From: Pristiophorus japonicus
Taxonomy: Eukaryota
Reading direction: 5' to 3'
DNA length: 64,000 nt
Assembly: GCF_044704955.1 (NCBI RefSeq)
Contig: NC_092006.1
Span: 5,394,001 to 5,458,000, forward strand
Shown here: positions 37,501-49,870 of the stretch, in pieces
Layout: each line of letters begins with the position of its first letter
Numbering within the stretch: the stretch's first letter is position 1
The notes under the pieces: model-generated
Told to the model about the DNA's origin: nothing
The model's input: only the letters and a program-made list of their open reading frames with translations
Databases searched by the model: none
Made by a program: the position numbers and the translations under genes

Positions 37501-38958
37501 CCCCCTCCAAAGCCAGTATATCCTTCCTTAAGTAAGGTGACCAAAACTGCACGCAGTACTACAGGTGCGGCCTCACCAATACCCTATACAGTTGCAGAAG
37601 GACCTCCCTGCTTTTGTACTCCATCCCTCTCGCAATGAAGGCCAACATTCCATTCGCCTTCCTGATTACCTACTGCACCTGCAAACTAACTTTTTGGGAT
37701 TCATGCACAAGGACCCCCAGGTCCCTCTGCACCGCAGCATGTTGTAATTTCTCCCCATTCAAATAATATTCCCTTTTACTGTTTTTCTTCCCAAGGTGGA
37801 TGACCTCACACTTTCCGACATTGTATTCCATCTGCCAAACCTTAGCCCATTCGCTTAACCTATCTAAATCTCTTTGCAACAGTGATGTCTTGCATTTAAA
37901 TAGCGCCTTTGATGTCCTAAGGCGCTTCACAGGAGCATTAGTCAGACAAAAATTAAAGGTCGAACCCCACGAGGAGAGATTACGACAGGTGAGCAAAGGC
38001 TTGGCCGAGGAGGGAGGTTTTAAGGAGGAGAGAGGGGCGGAGAGGTTTAGGGAGGGAGTTCCAGAGCTTGGGGCCCAGGCAGCTGAAGGCACGGCCACCG
38101 ATGGTGGAGCGATTATAATCAGGGATGGTCAAGAGGGCAGAATTGGAGGAGCAGTAGGAGATAGGGAGGGATGTAGGTGCTGGAGGAGAGTACAGAGATA
38201 AGGAGGGGTGTATGGGCTGGAGGAGATTACAGAGATAGAGAGGGGTGTAGGGGCTGGAGCAGGTTACAGAGATAGGGAGGGGTGTAGGGGTTGGAGGGGG
38301 TTACAGAGATAGGGAGGGGTGTAGGGGTTGGAGGGGGTTACAGAGATAGGGAGGGGTGTAGGGGCTAAAGGAGGTCACAGAGATAGGGAGGGATGTAGGG
38401 GCTGGAGGAGGTTACAGAGTTAGGGAGGGATGTAGAGGCTGGAGGAGGTTGCAGAGATAGGGAGGGGTGTAGGGCTGGAGGAGAGGCAGTACTGAGGGAG
38501 CGCCGCACTGTCGGAGGAGCAGTACTGAGGGAACACCGCACTGTCGGAGGGACCGTCTTTCGGCTGAGACGTTAAACCGAGGCACCATCTGCCCTCTCGG
38601 TTGTAAAAGATCTATTGGAAGAAGAGCAGGGGGAGTTCTCCCCGGTGTCCTGGGGCCAATATTTATCCCTCAACCAACATCACTAAAAACAGATGATCCG
38701 GGTCATTATCACATTGCTGTGTGTGGGAGCTTGCTGTGCGCAAATTGAGCTGCCGCGTTTCCCACAATACAACAGTGACTGCACTTCAAAAAGTACTTCA
38801 TTGGCTGTAAGGCGCTTTGGGACGACCGGTGGTGGTGAAGGGCGCTATAGAAATGCACGTCTATTTCTTTTCAATATAGTTGAGCAGGAAGGTAACGGTT
38901 TTCTCGTGTTGTTCCTTCACAGACTATGTACGCGCACCTGGCATTCGCTGTGGATTAG
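31507..38958 (+). CDS. Gene C: non-rearranging VJ-C1-TM-cytoplasmic receptor, 6 exons, 299 aa
   Basis: Exons 31507-31549, 34483-34821, 34913-35218, 36457-36573, 36676-36734, 38923-38958. All introns are GT-AG and the 900 nt are open. AATAAA at 39171. Confidence 0.85.
31610..33490. repeat. 28-bp minisatellite, inverted copy in gene C intron 1
   Basis: (GGAGAAGGGTTTTGGATAGAATTAATAA)n. Confidence 0.95.
34483..34821 (+). CDS. Gene C germline-joined VJ exon
   Basis: ...[16 protein letters not shown]...[28 protein letters not shown]. 339 nt. Confidence 0.93.
34913..35218 (+). CDS. Gene C C1-set exon
   Basis: Near-identical to the gene B C1 exon (7 nt differences by hand alignment). 306 nt. Confidence 0.9.
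36457..36573 (+). CDS. Gene C stalk/TM exon
   Basis: [39 protein letters not shown]. 117 nt, as in gene A. Confidence 0.85.
36676..36734 (+). CDS. Gene C cytoplasmic exon 1
   Basis: [20 protein letters not shown]. 59 nt with a GTAGGT donor. Confidence 0.75.
36995..37880 (-). mobile_element. CR1-type LINE 3' fragment in the last intron of gene C
   Basis: RT C-terminal ORFs and an (AAGAACAT)n tail. Confidence 0.8.
38923..38958 (+). CDS. Gene C terminal exon
   Basis: [11 protein letters not shown] after a TTCCTTCACAG acceptor. Confidence 0.8.
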   Translation, partial: TMYAHLAFAVD

Positions 38959-39170
38959 ACCGCATCGTGAGAGCGGGAAGGGTTTGCCAATATCCTCCCG
39001 GTCCGGATCGGAAGAGTTGGGGCCTTGAGAAATACAGCGCCCACTCGCCGCGCCCTCAGTCACAACCTGTGCACGGTGACCATTCACTCCAATGTCCCCG
39101 AACTCCCAGTGTGACTTTCCTCTGCCGGTAGTTTTGATCAATCTTTGATTCTTGTCTTTATTAGCGTTGC

Positions 39171-39176
39171 AATAAA
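39171..39176 (+). terminator. Candidate polyadenylation signal of gene C
   Basis: AATAAA about 210 nt after the stop codon. Confidence 0.5.
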
Positions 39177-40013
39177 AAACATTTTATTCTCTTTACAACC
39201 TCATGCCCACTTCGAATGCATCCGTTATCAGACACAGAGAAGCGGAATTTATTGTTGAAATCGATGATAACTGTTGCTAAAGGGGCCAATTATCTCAGGA
39301 TTTGTGTTCAGTTTAACTGTCAGAGGGACGAACGTGCATTTTAGATCACATAGAAACATAGAAAATAGGTGCAGGAACAGGCCATTCGGCCCTTCGAGCC
39401 TGCACCACCATTCAATATGATCATGGCTGATCATTCACCTCAGTACCCCTTTCCTGCTTTCTCTCCATACCCCTTGATCCCTTTAGCCGTATCTAAGGGC
39501 CACATCTAACTCCCTCTTGAATATATCCAACGAACTGGCCTCAACAACTCTCTGTGGTAGAGAATTCCACAGGTTCACAACTCTCTGGGTGAAGAAGTTT
39601 CTCCTCATCTCGGTCCTAAATGGCTTACCCCTTATCCTTAGACTGTGACCCCTGGTTCTGGACTTCCCCAACATCGGGAACATTCTTCCTGAATCTAACC
39701 TGTCTAATCCCGTCAGAATTTTATATGTTTCTACGAGATCCCCTCTCATTCTTCTAAACTCCAGTGAATATAGGCCCAGTTGATCCAGTCTCTCCTCATA
39801 TGTCAGTCCAGCCATTCCGAGAAACAGTCTGGTGAACCTTCGCTGCACCCCCTCAATAGCAAGAACGTCCTTCCTCAGATTAGGAGACCAAAACTGAACA
39901 CAATATTCCAGGTGTGGCCTCACCAAGGCCCTGTACATCCCGGGAATCAGTCTGGTGAACCTTCACTGCACTCCCTCAATAGCAAGAACGTCCTTCCTCA
40001 GATAGAGGACAGA

Positions 40014-42865
40014 TGTGCAAATAGATGTTAACAAATATGATGTGATTGGGATTACGGAGACGTGGCTCCACTATGATCAGGGCTGGGAACTCAACATCCA
40101 GGGGTATTCAACATTCAGGAAAGATAGAATAAAAGGAAAAGGAGGTGGGGTAGCATTGCTGGTTAAGGAGCAAATTAAGGCAATAGTTCGGAAGGACATT
40201 AGCTTGGATGATGTGGAATCTATATGGGTAGAGCTGCAGGATACCAAAGGGCAAAAAACGTTAGTGGGAGTTGTGTACAGACCTCCAAACAGTAGTAGTG
40301 ATGTTGGGGAGGGCATCAAACATGAAATTAGGGGTGCGTGCAATAAAGGTGCAGCAGTTATAATGGGTGACTTTAATATGCACATAGATTGGGTTAACCA
40401 AACTGGAAGCAATACGGTGGAGGAGGATTTCCTGGAGTGCATAAGGGATGGTTTTTTAGACCAATATGTCGAGGAACCAACTAGGGGGGAGGCCATCTTA
40501 GACTGGGTGTTGTGTAATGAGAGAGGATTAATTAGCAATCTCGTTGTGCGAGGCCCCTTGGGGAAGAGTGACCATAATATGGTGGAATTCTGCATTAGGA
40601 TGGAGAATGAAACAGTTAATTCAGAGACCATGGTCCAGAACTTAAAGAAGGCTAACTTTGAAGGTATGAGGCGTGAATTGGCTAGGATAGATTGGCGAAT
40701 GATAATGAAGGGGTTGACTGTGGATGGGCAATGGCAGACATTTAGAGACCGCAAGGATGAACTACAACAATTGTACATTCCTGTCTGGCGTAAAAATAAA
40801 AAAGGGAAGGTGGCTCAACCGTGGCTATCAAGGGAAATCAGGGATAGCATTAAAGCCAAGGAAGTGGCATACAAATTGGCCAGAAATAGCAGCGAACCCA
40901 GGGACTGGGAGAAATTTAGAACTCAGCAGAGGAGAACAAAGGGTTTGATTAGGGCAGGAAAAATGGAGTACGAGAAGAAGCTTGCAGGGAACATTAAGAC
41001 GGATTGCAAAAGTTTCTATAGATATGTAAAGAGAAAAAGGTTAGTAAAGACAAACGTAGGTCCCCTGCAGTCAGAATCAGGGGAAGTCATAACGGGGAAC
41101 AAAGAAATGGCGGACCAATTGAACAAGTACTTTGGTTCGGTATTCACTGAGGAGGACACAAACAACCTTCCGGATATAAAAGGGGTCGGGGGGTCTAGTA
41201 AGGAGGAGGAACTGAGGGAAATCCTTATTAGTCGGGAAACTGTGTTGGGGAAATTGATGGGATTGAAGGCCGATAAATCCCCAGGGCCTGATGGACTGCA
41301 TCCCAGAGTACTTAAGGAGGTGGCCTTGAAAATAGTGGATGCATTGACAGTCATTTTCCAACATTCCATTGACTCTGGATCAGTTCCTATGGAGTGGAGG
41401 GTAGCCAATGTAACCCCACTTTTAAAAAAAGGAGGGAGAGAGAAAACAGGGAATTATAGACCGGTCTGCCTGACATCGGTAGTGGGTAAAATGATGGAAT
41501 CAATTATTAAGAATGTCATAGCAGCGCATTTGGAAAGAGGTAATATGATAGGTCCAAGTCAGCATGGATTTGTGAAAGGGAAATCATGCTTGACAAATCT
41601 TCTGGAATTTTTTGAGGATGTTTCCAGTAGAGTGGACAAGGGAGAACCAGTTGATATGGTATATTTGGACTTTCAGAAGGCTTTCGACAAGGTCCCACAC
41701 AAGAGATTAATGTGCAAAGTTAAAGCACATGGGATTGGGGGTAGTGTGCTGACATGAATTGAGAACTGGTTGTCAGACAGGAAGCAAAGAGTAGGAGTAA
41801 ATGGGGACTTTTCAGAATGGCAGGCAGTGACTAGTGGGGTACCGCAAGGTTCTGTGCTGGGGCCCCAGCTGTTTACACTGTACATTAATGATTTAGACGA
41901 GGGGATTAAATGTAGTATCTCCAAATTTGCGGATGACACTAAGTTGGGTGGCAGTGTGAGCTGTGAGGAGGATGCTATGAGGCTGCAGAGCGACTTGGAT
42001 AGGTTAGGTGAGTGGGCACATGCATGGCAGATGAAGTATAATGTGGATAAATGTGAGGTTATCCACTTTGGTGGTAAAAACAGAGAGACAGACTATTATC
42101 TGAATGGTGACAGATTAGGAAAAGGGGAGGTGCAAAGAGACCTGGGTGTCATGGTACATCAGTCATTGAAGGTTGGCATGCAGGTACAGCAGGCGGTTAA
42201 GAAAGCAAATGGCATGTTGGCCTTCATAGCGAGGGGATTTGAGTACAGGGGCAGGGAGGTGTTGCTACAATTGTACAGGGCCTTGGTGAGGCCACACCTG
42301 GAGTATTGTGTACAGTTTTGGTCTCCTAACCTGAGGAAGGACATTCTTGCTATTGAGGGAGTGCAGCGAAGGTTCACCAGACTGATTCCCGGGATGGCGG
42401 GACTGACCTATCAAGAAAGACTGGATCAACTGGGCTTGTATTCACTGGAGTTCAGAAGAATGAGAGGGGACCTCATAGAAACGTTTAAAATTCTGACGGG
42501 GTTAGACAGGTTAGATGCAGGAAGAATGTTCCCAATGTTGGGGAAGTCCAGAACCAGGGGACACAGTCTAAGGATAAGGGGGAAGCCATTTAGGACCGAG
42601 ATGAGGAGGAATTTCTTCACCCAGAGAGTGGTGAACCTGTGGAATTCTCTACCACAGAAAGTTGTTGAGGCCAATTCACTAAATATATTCAAAAAGGAGT
42701 TGGATGAAGTCCTTACTACTAGGGGAATCAAGGGGTATGGTGAGAAAGCAGGAATGGGGTACTGAAGTTGCATGTTCAGCCATGAACTCATTGAATGGCG
42801 GTGCAGGCTAGAAGGGCCGAATGGCCTACTCCTGCACCTATTTTCTATGTTTCTATGTTTCTATG
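40014..42865 (+). mobile_element. CR1/HER1-like LINE ORF2 (APE endonuclease plus RT), 5'-truncated, one nonsense codon at 41755-41757
   Basis: ORFs of 580 aa and 331 aa in the same frame, with ITETW, GDFN, SDH and FADD motifs. Inserted in an older, oppositely oriented LINE (39349-40003 / 42866-42960). Confidence 0.93.
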
Positions 42866-43552
42866 ATTAGGAGACCAAAACTGAACACAATATTCCAGGT
42901 GTGGCCTCACCAAGGCCCTGTACATCCCGGGAATCAGTCTGGTGAACTTTCGCTGCACACCCCCAGCGGAATTTACAGCTATTTTCGTTGTATCTATAAA
43001 CCAGTGACCCCTGCTTAAAGGGTCACACTCCAAAGTGTCCCCTTGGTTTTTTGGGTTTTTTTTCCTGAGAGCACCAAAAACACAAATTATACAAGTGGCC
43101 CCCCTGACGAACTTAAACAAATTAAACTTTAAATATTGTGGTTCAAATTAACATTTGGTTGCCGGGCGGGTGCGGGGGGTGATGATGCGCTCCAGTCCCT
43201 CGGGCGCCCACCTCTCGCAGAAGGCCGCGAGCGTACTGGTGGACACCGTGGAAGAGAACGCGCTTTACAACCTTCCCGTTGGAGCTTGTGGGATCTTCCT
43301 GTGCGCCAAAGTGGCAGCTGCATGTCGCTACATTGCACTGGTGGCCACACTTCAAGATAAAAAGTGCGTTCATTGGCTGGGAAACAGGGCGGGACGTCCC
43401 AAGCTCCTTGTGTGCCGCGACAGAAGACCAAAAGTCTTTCCTGACTGGTCACAATGGAAACGCTGCACAACATCTTTTGGTCAAGTTGTACTCAACACAC
43501 ACAGTTCCAGTTAGTTAACGGAGGGGAAATATACTTGCAACCCAGGGTGGAG

Positions 43553-44430
43553 CTTTGGAGGCAGTTCAGAGAAGGTTCACTCGGTCGATTCCGGAGATGA
43601 GGGGGTTGACTTATGAGGAAAGGTTGAGCAGGTTGGGCCTCTACTCATCGGGATTCAGAAGAATTCAGAGGTGATCTTATCGAAACGTATAAGATTATGA
43701 GGGGGCTCGACAGCAGGACCCGGGGGTACTTGTGCATGAAACACAAAAGGTTAGTATGCAGGTACAGCAAGTGATCAGGAAGGCCAATGGTATCTTGGCC
43801 TTTATTGCAAAGGGGATGGAGTATAAAAGCAGGGAGGTCTTGCTACAGTTATACAGGGTATTGGTGAGGCCACACCTGGAATACTGCGTGCAGTTTTGGT
43901 TTCCATATTTACGAAAGGATATACTTGCTATGGAGGCAGTTCAGAGAAGGTTCACTCGGTTGATTCCGGAGATGAGGGAGTTGACTTATGAGGAAAGGTT
44001 GAGTAGGTTGGGCCTCTACTCATTGGAATTCAGAAGAATGAGAGGTGATCTTATGGAAACGTATAAGATTATGAGGGGGCTTGACAAGGTGGATGCAGAG
44101 AGGATGTTTCCACTGATGGGGGAGACTAGAACGCGGGGGCATGATCTTAGAATAAGGGGCCACCCATTTAAAACTGAGATGAGGAGGAATTTCTTCTCTC
44201 AGAGGGTTGTAAATCTGTGGAATTTGCTGCCTCAGAGAGCTGTGGAAGCTGGGACATTGAATAAATTTAACACAGAGATAGACGGTTTCTTAACCGATAC
44301 GGGGATAAGGGGGCGGGCAGGGAAGTGGAGCTGAGTCCATGATCGGATCAGCCACGATCGTATTGAATGGCGGAGCAGGCTCGAGGGGCCGAATGGCCTA
44401 CTCCTGCTCCTATTTCTTATGTTCTTATGA
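43553..44430 (+). mobile_element. CR1-type LINE 3' fragment
   Basis: ORF 43732..44334 and a tail. Confidence 0.85.
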
Positions 44431-44684
44431 TTCCAGTGTACAATACTACCACCTTCACCTCGTATGGGAATTAAACACATACTTATACAGGGGCTCAAAG
44501 GGTTAAATTGTGTGGGCAGTTTGCACAGATGTGGCTTGATTTCCTCGATTATAGAAGATTAAGAGGTCAACCAATTGAAGCGTTTAATTTGCTTGAAGGG
44601 TTGATAGGGTCGAAAGAGAAAAATTATTTCCTCTGTTGGGGGAGTCCAGAACAAGGAGATGTAACTTTAATTTTAAAGCAAGTA

Positions 44685-46773
44685 AGACTTGCATTTATAT
44701 AGTGCCTTTCACGACCACCGGACATCCCAAAGCGCTTTACAGCCAATGAAGTACTTTTCGGAGTGTGGTCACTGTTGTATTGTGGGAAACACAGCAGCCA
44801 ATTTACGCACAGCAAGCTCCCACACACAGCAATGTGATAATGACTCAGAACATCTGTTTTACTGATGTTGGCCGAGGGATAAATATTGGCCCCAGGACAC
44901 CGGGGAGAACTCCCCCTGCTCTTCTTCGAAATAGTTCTGTGGAATCTTTTACGTCCGCTTGAGAGGGCAGACGTGGCCTCGGTTTAATGTCTCATCTAAA
45001 AGACAGCACCTCTGATAGTGCTGCGCTCCCTCAGTCCTACCCCTCCGACAGTGCGGCGCTCCCTCAGTACCGCCCCTCCGACAGTGTGGCGCTCCCTCAG
45101 TACCGACCCTCCGACAGTGTGGCGCTCCCTCAGTACTGCCCCTCCGACAGTGTGGCGCTCCCTCAGTACCGACCCTCCGACAGTGTGGCGCTCCCTCAGT
45201 ACTGCCCCTCCGACAGTGTGGCGCTCCCTCAGTACCGCCCCTCCGACAGTGTGGTGCTCCCTCAGTACCGACCCTCCGACAGTGTGGCGCTCCCTCAGTA
45301 CCGACCCTCCGACAGTACGGCGCTCCCTCAGTACCGCCCCTCCGACAGTGTGGCGCTCCCTCAGTACCGACCCTCCGACAGTGTGGCGCTCCCTCAGTAC
45401 TGCCCCTCCGACAGTGTGGCGCTCCCTCAGTACCGACCCTCCGACAGTGTGGCGCTCCCTCAGTACTGCCCCTCCGACAGTGTGGCGCTCCCTCAGTACC
45501 GCCCCTCCGACAGTGTGGTGCTCCCTCAGTACCGACCCTCCGACAGTGTGGCGCTCCCTCAGTACCGACCCTCCGACAGTACGGCGCTCCCTCAGTACCG
45601 ACCCTCCGACAGTGCAGCGCTCCCTCAGTACTGCCCCTCCGACAGTGCGGCGTTCCCTCAGTACTGCCCCTATGACAGTGCGGCACTCCCTCAGTACTGC
45701 CCCTCCGACAGTGCGACGCTCCCTCAGTACTGCCCCTCCGACAGTGCGATGCTCCCTCAGTACTGCCCCTCTGACAGTGCGGCGCTCCCTCTACTGCCCC
45801 TCCGACAGTGCGACGCTCCCTCAGTACTGCCCCTCCGACAGTGCGACGCTCCCTCAGTACTGCCCCTCCGACAGTGCGGCGCTCCCTCGGTACTGCCCCT
45901 CCGACAGCGCGGTGCTCCCTCAGTACCGCCCCTCCGACAGCGCGAGGCTCCCTCAGTACTGCCCCTCCGACAGTGCGGTGCTCCCTCAGTACTGCCCCTC
46001 CAACAGCGCGGTGCTCCCTCAGTACTGCCCCTCCGACAGTGCGATGCTTCCTTATTACTGCCCCTCTGACAGTGCGGCGCTGCCTCTACTGCCCCTCCGA
46101 CACTGCGATGCTCCCTCAGTACTGCCCCTCCGATAGTGCGACGCTCCCTCAGTACTGCCCCTCCGACAGTGCGGCGCTCCCTCAGTACTGCCCCTCTGAC
46201 AGTGCGGTGCTCCCTCAGTACTGCCCCTCCGACAGTGCGGTGCTCCCTCAGTACCGCCCCTCCGACAGTGCGGTGCTCCGTCAGTACTGCCCCTCCGACA
46301 GTGCGGTGCTCCCTCAGTACTGCCCCTCTGGCAGTGTGGCACTCCCTCAGTACTGCCCCTCCGACAGTGCGACGCTCCCTCAGTACTGCCCCTCCGACAG
46401 TGCGGCACTCCCTCAGTACTGCCCCTCTTACAGTGCGGCGCTCCCTCAGTACTGCCCCTCCGACAGCGCGGTGCTCCCTCAGTACCGCCCCTCCGACAGC
46501 GCGGGGCTCCCTTAGTACTGCTCCTCCGACAGTGCGGTGCTCCCTCAGTACTGCCCCTCCGACAGCGCGGTGCTCCCTCAGTACCGCCCCTCCGACAGCG
46601 CGATGCTCCCTCAGTACTGCTCCTCCGATGCGCGGGGCTCCCTCAGTACCGCCCCTCCAACAGCGCGGTGCTCCCTCAGTATTGCCCCTCCGACAGTGCG
46701 GCGCTCCCTCAGTACTACCCCTCCGACAGTGCGGCGCTCCCTCAGTACTGCCCCTCCGACAGCGCGGTGCTCC
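44685..46773 (-). mobile_element. Deu-domain SINE with a ~1.75-kb 33-bp tandem array (45010-46773)
   Basis: Unit TCCGACAGTGCGGCGCTCCCTCAGTACTGCCCC. Another array lies at ~50055-50520. Confidence 0.85.
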
Positions 46774-49700
46774 CACAGCTCTCTGGGGCAGCGAATTCCA
46801 CAGATTTACAACCCTCGGAGAGAAGAAATTCCTCCTCATCTCAGTTTTAAATGGGCGGCCCCTTATTCTAAGACCATGCCCCCTAGTTCTAGTCTCCCCC
46901 ATCAGTGGAAACATCCTCTCTGCATCCACCTTGTCGAGCCCCCTCATTATCTTATACGTTTTGATAAGATTACCTGCAATGAGTAGAGGCCCAACCTCCT
47001 CAAACAATCCACATAAGACAACCCCCTCATCTCTGGAATCAACCGAGTGAACCTTCTTTGAGCTGCCTCCAAAGCAAGTGTATCCTTCCTTAAATACGGA
47101 GACCAAAACTGCATGCAGTACTCCAGGTGTGGCCTCACCAATACCCTGTACAGTTGTAGCAGGACTTCCCTGCTTTTATACTCCATCCCCCTTTGCAATA
47201 AAGGCCAAGATTCCATTGGCCTTCCTGATCACTTGCTGTACCTGCATACTAACTTTTTGTGTTTCATGCACAAGGACCCCCAGGTCCCGCTGTACTGCAG
47301 CACTTTGCAATCTTTCTCCATTTAAATTATAATTTGCTTTTCTATTATTTCTGCCATTTTCCCACATTATACTCCATCTGCCAAATGTTTACCCATTCAC
47401 TTAGCCTGTCTATATCCCTTTGCAGATTTTTTTGTGTCCTCCTCACAATTTGCTTTCCCACCCATCTTTGTATCATCAGCAAACTTGGCTCAGTCCCTTC
47501 ACCCAAGTCATTTATATAGATTGTAAATAGTTGAGGCCCCAGCACTGATCCCTGTGGCAACCCACTGGTTACTGTTTGCCAACCGGAAAATGACCCATTT
47601 ATCCCGACTCTCTGTTTTCTGTTAGTTAGCCAATCCTCTATCCATGCTAATATATTACCCCCAACCCCGTGAGCTTTTATCTTGTGCAGTAACCTTTTAT
47701 GTGGCACCTTGTCGAATGCCTTCTGGAAATCCAAATACACCACATCCACTGGTTCCCCCTTATCTACCCTGCTTATTAAGGGAATCGAGGGATATGGGGA
47801 TCGGGTGGGAAAGTGTTGAGGTAGAAGATGTGGTGTATTTGGACTTCCAGAAGGCATTTGACAAGATGCCACATGAAAGGTTACTGCACAAGATAAAAGT
47901 TCATGGAGTGCGGGGGTGGGGTAATATATTAGCATGGATAGAGGATTGGCTAACTAACAGAGAACAGAGAGTCGGGATAAATGGTTCGTTCTCAGGTTGG
48001 CAATCAGTAACTAGTGGAGTGCCGCAGGGATCAGTGCTGGGACCCCAACTATTTACAATCTATATTAACGACTTGGAAGAAGGGACCGAGTGTAACGTAG
48101 CCAAGTTTGCTGATGATACAAAGATGGGAGGAAAAGCAATGTGTGAGGAGGACACACAAAATCTGCAAAAGGACATAGACAGGCTAAGTGAGCCCACTAG
48201 TTACTGATTGCCGACCCGAGAATGACCCATTTATCCCGACTCTCTGTTTTCTGTTAGTTCGCCAATCCTCTATCTATGCTAATATATTACCCCCAACCCC
48301 GTGAACTTTTATCTTGTGCAGTAACCAAGTCGGGATGGTGTGTGACTGGGAGGGGAATGTGGAGGTGGTGGTGTTCCCATGCGCCTGCTGCCCTTGTCCT
48401 TCTAGCGGGTAGAGGTCGTGGGTTTGGGAGGTGCTGCCGAAGAAGTCTTGGCGAGTTGCCGCGGTGCATCTTGTAGACGGTGCACACTGCAGCCACGGTG
48501 TGCCGGTGGTGGAGGGAGTGAGTGTTGAAATTGCAACTCGATATCATACAAGCACAGAAATTTACAGCACGGAAGAAGGCCATTCCGGCCCATCGTGTCC
48601 ACGCCGGCCGACAGAAAGCCACCCAGCCTAATCCCACTTTCCCGCTCTCGGTCCGTAGCCCTGTAGGTTACGGAACTTCAGGTGCACATCCAAATGTGGT
48701 GAGGGTTTCTGCCTCTACCACCCTTTCAGGCAGCGAGTTCCACCCCAGACCCCCACCACCCTCTGGGTTAAGAAATTTCCCCTCAAATCCCCTCTAAACC
48801 TCCCCCCAATTACTTTCAATCTACCTCCCCTGGTTGTTGACCCCTCTGCCAAGGGAAACAGGTCCGACCTATCCACTCTATCCAGGCTCCTCATCATTTT
48901 ATAGACCTCAATCAGGTCTCCTCTTAGCCTCCTCTGTTTCAAAGAAAACAACCCCAGCCTATCCAATCTTTTCTCATCGCTAAAATTCTCCAGTCCAGGC
49001 AACATCCTGGTAAATCTCCTCTGCACCCTCTCCAGTGCAATCACATCGTTCCTGTAATGTGGTGACCAGAACTGCATGCAGTACTCCAGCTGTGCCCTAA
49101 CCAGTGCTTTATACAGTTCAAGCATAACCTCCCTGCTCTTGTATTCCATGCCTCGACTAATAAAGGCAAGTATTCCGTATGCCTTCTTAACCACCTTATC
49201 CCGGTACAGCGAGACCTAGGGTTACTTGTGCATGAAACACAAAAAGTTAGTATGCAGGTACAGCAAGTGATCAGGAAGGCCAATGGAATCTTGGCCTTTA
49301 TTGCAATGGGGATGAAGTATAAAAGCAGGGAAGTCTTGCTACAGCTATATAAGGTATTAGTGAGGCCACACCTGAAATACTGCGTGCAGTTTTGGTTTCC
49401 ATATTTATGAAAGGATATACTTGCTTTGGAGGCAGTTCAGAGAAGGTTCACAAGGTTGATTCCGGGGATGAGGGGGTTGACTTATGAGGAAAGGTTGAGT
49501 AGGTTGGGCCTCTACTCATTGGAATTCAGAAGAATGAGAGGTGATCTTATCGAAACGTATAAGATTATGAGGGGGCTTGACAAGGTGGATGCAGAGAGGA
49601 TGTTTCCACTGATGGGGGAGACTAGAACTAGAGGGCATGATCTTAGAATAAGGGGCCGTCCATTTAAAACTGAGATGAGGAGGAATTTCTTCTCTCAGAG

Positions 49701-49870
49701 GGTTGTAAATCTGTGGAATTCGCTGCCTCAGAGAGCTGTGGAAGCCGGGACATTGAATAAATTTAAGACAGAGATAGACAGTTTCTTAAATGATAAGGGG
49801 ATAAAAGTGCGGGCAGGGAAGTGGAGCTGAGTCCATGATCAGATCAGCCGTGATCTTATTAAATGGCGCA
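46774..49870. mobile_element. Scrambled CR1-type LINE fragments in both orientations
   Basis: RT peptides on both strands (ORFs 47345..47935 -, 47644..48207 +, 48715..49194 -, 49426..49830 +). Confidence 0.8.

Noticed and set aside
40077-41939. Antisense ORFs repeated opposite both long LINEs
   Set aside because: Shadow frames of LINE ORF2. They recur only because the LINE copies are near-identical.
44949-47106. Long ORFs (245-449 aa) with PQYCPSDSAAL repeats, also at 498-1104, 29048-29407 and 49918-51055
   Set aside because: They are artefacts of a stop-free 33-bp SINE-internal tandem repeat that is open in several frames on both strands.
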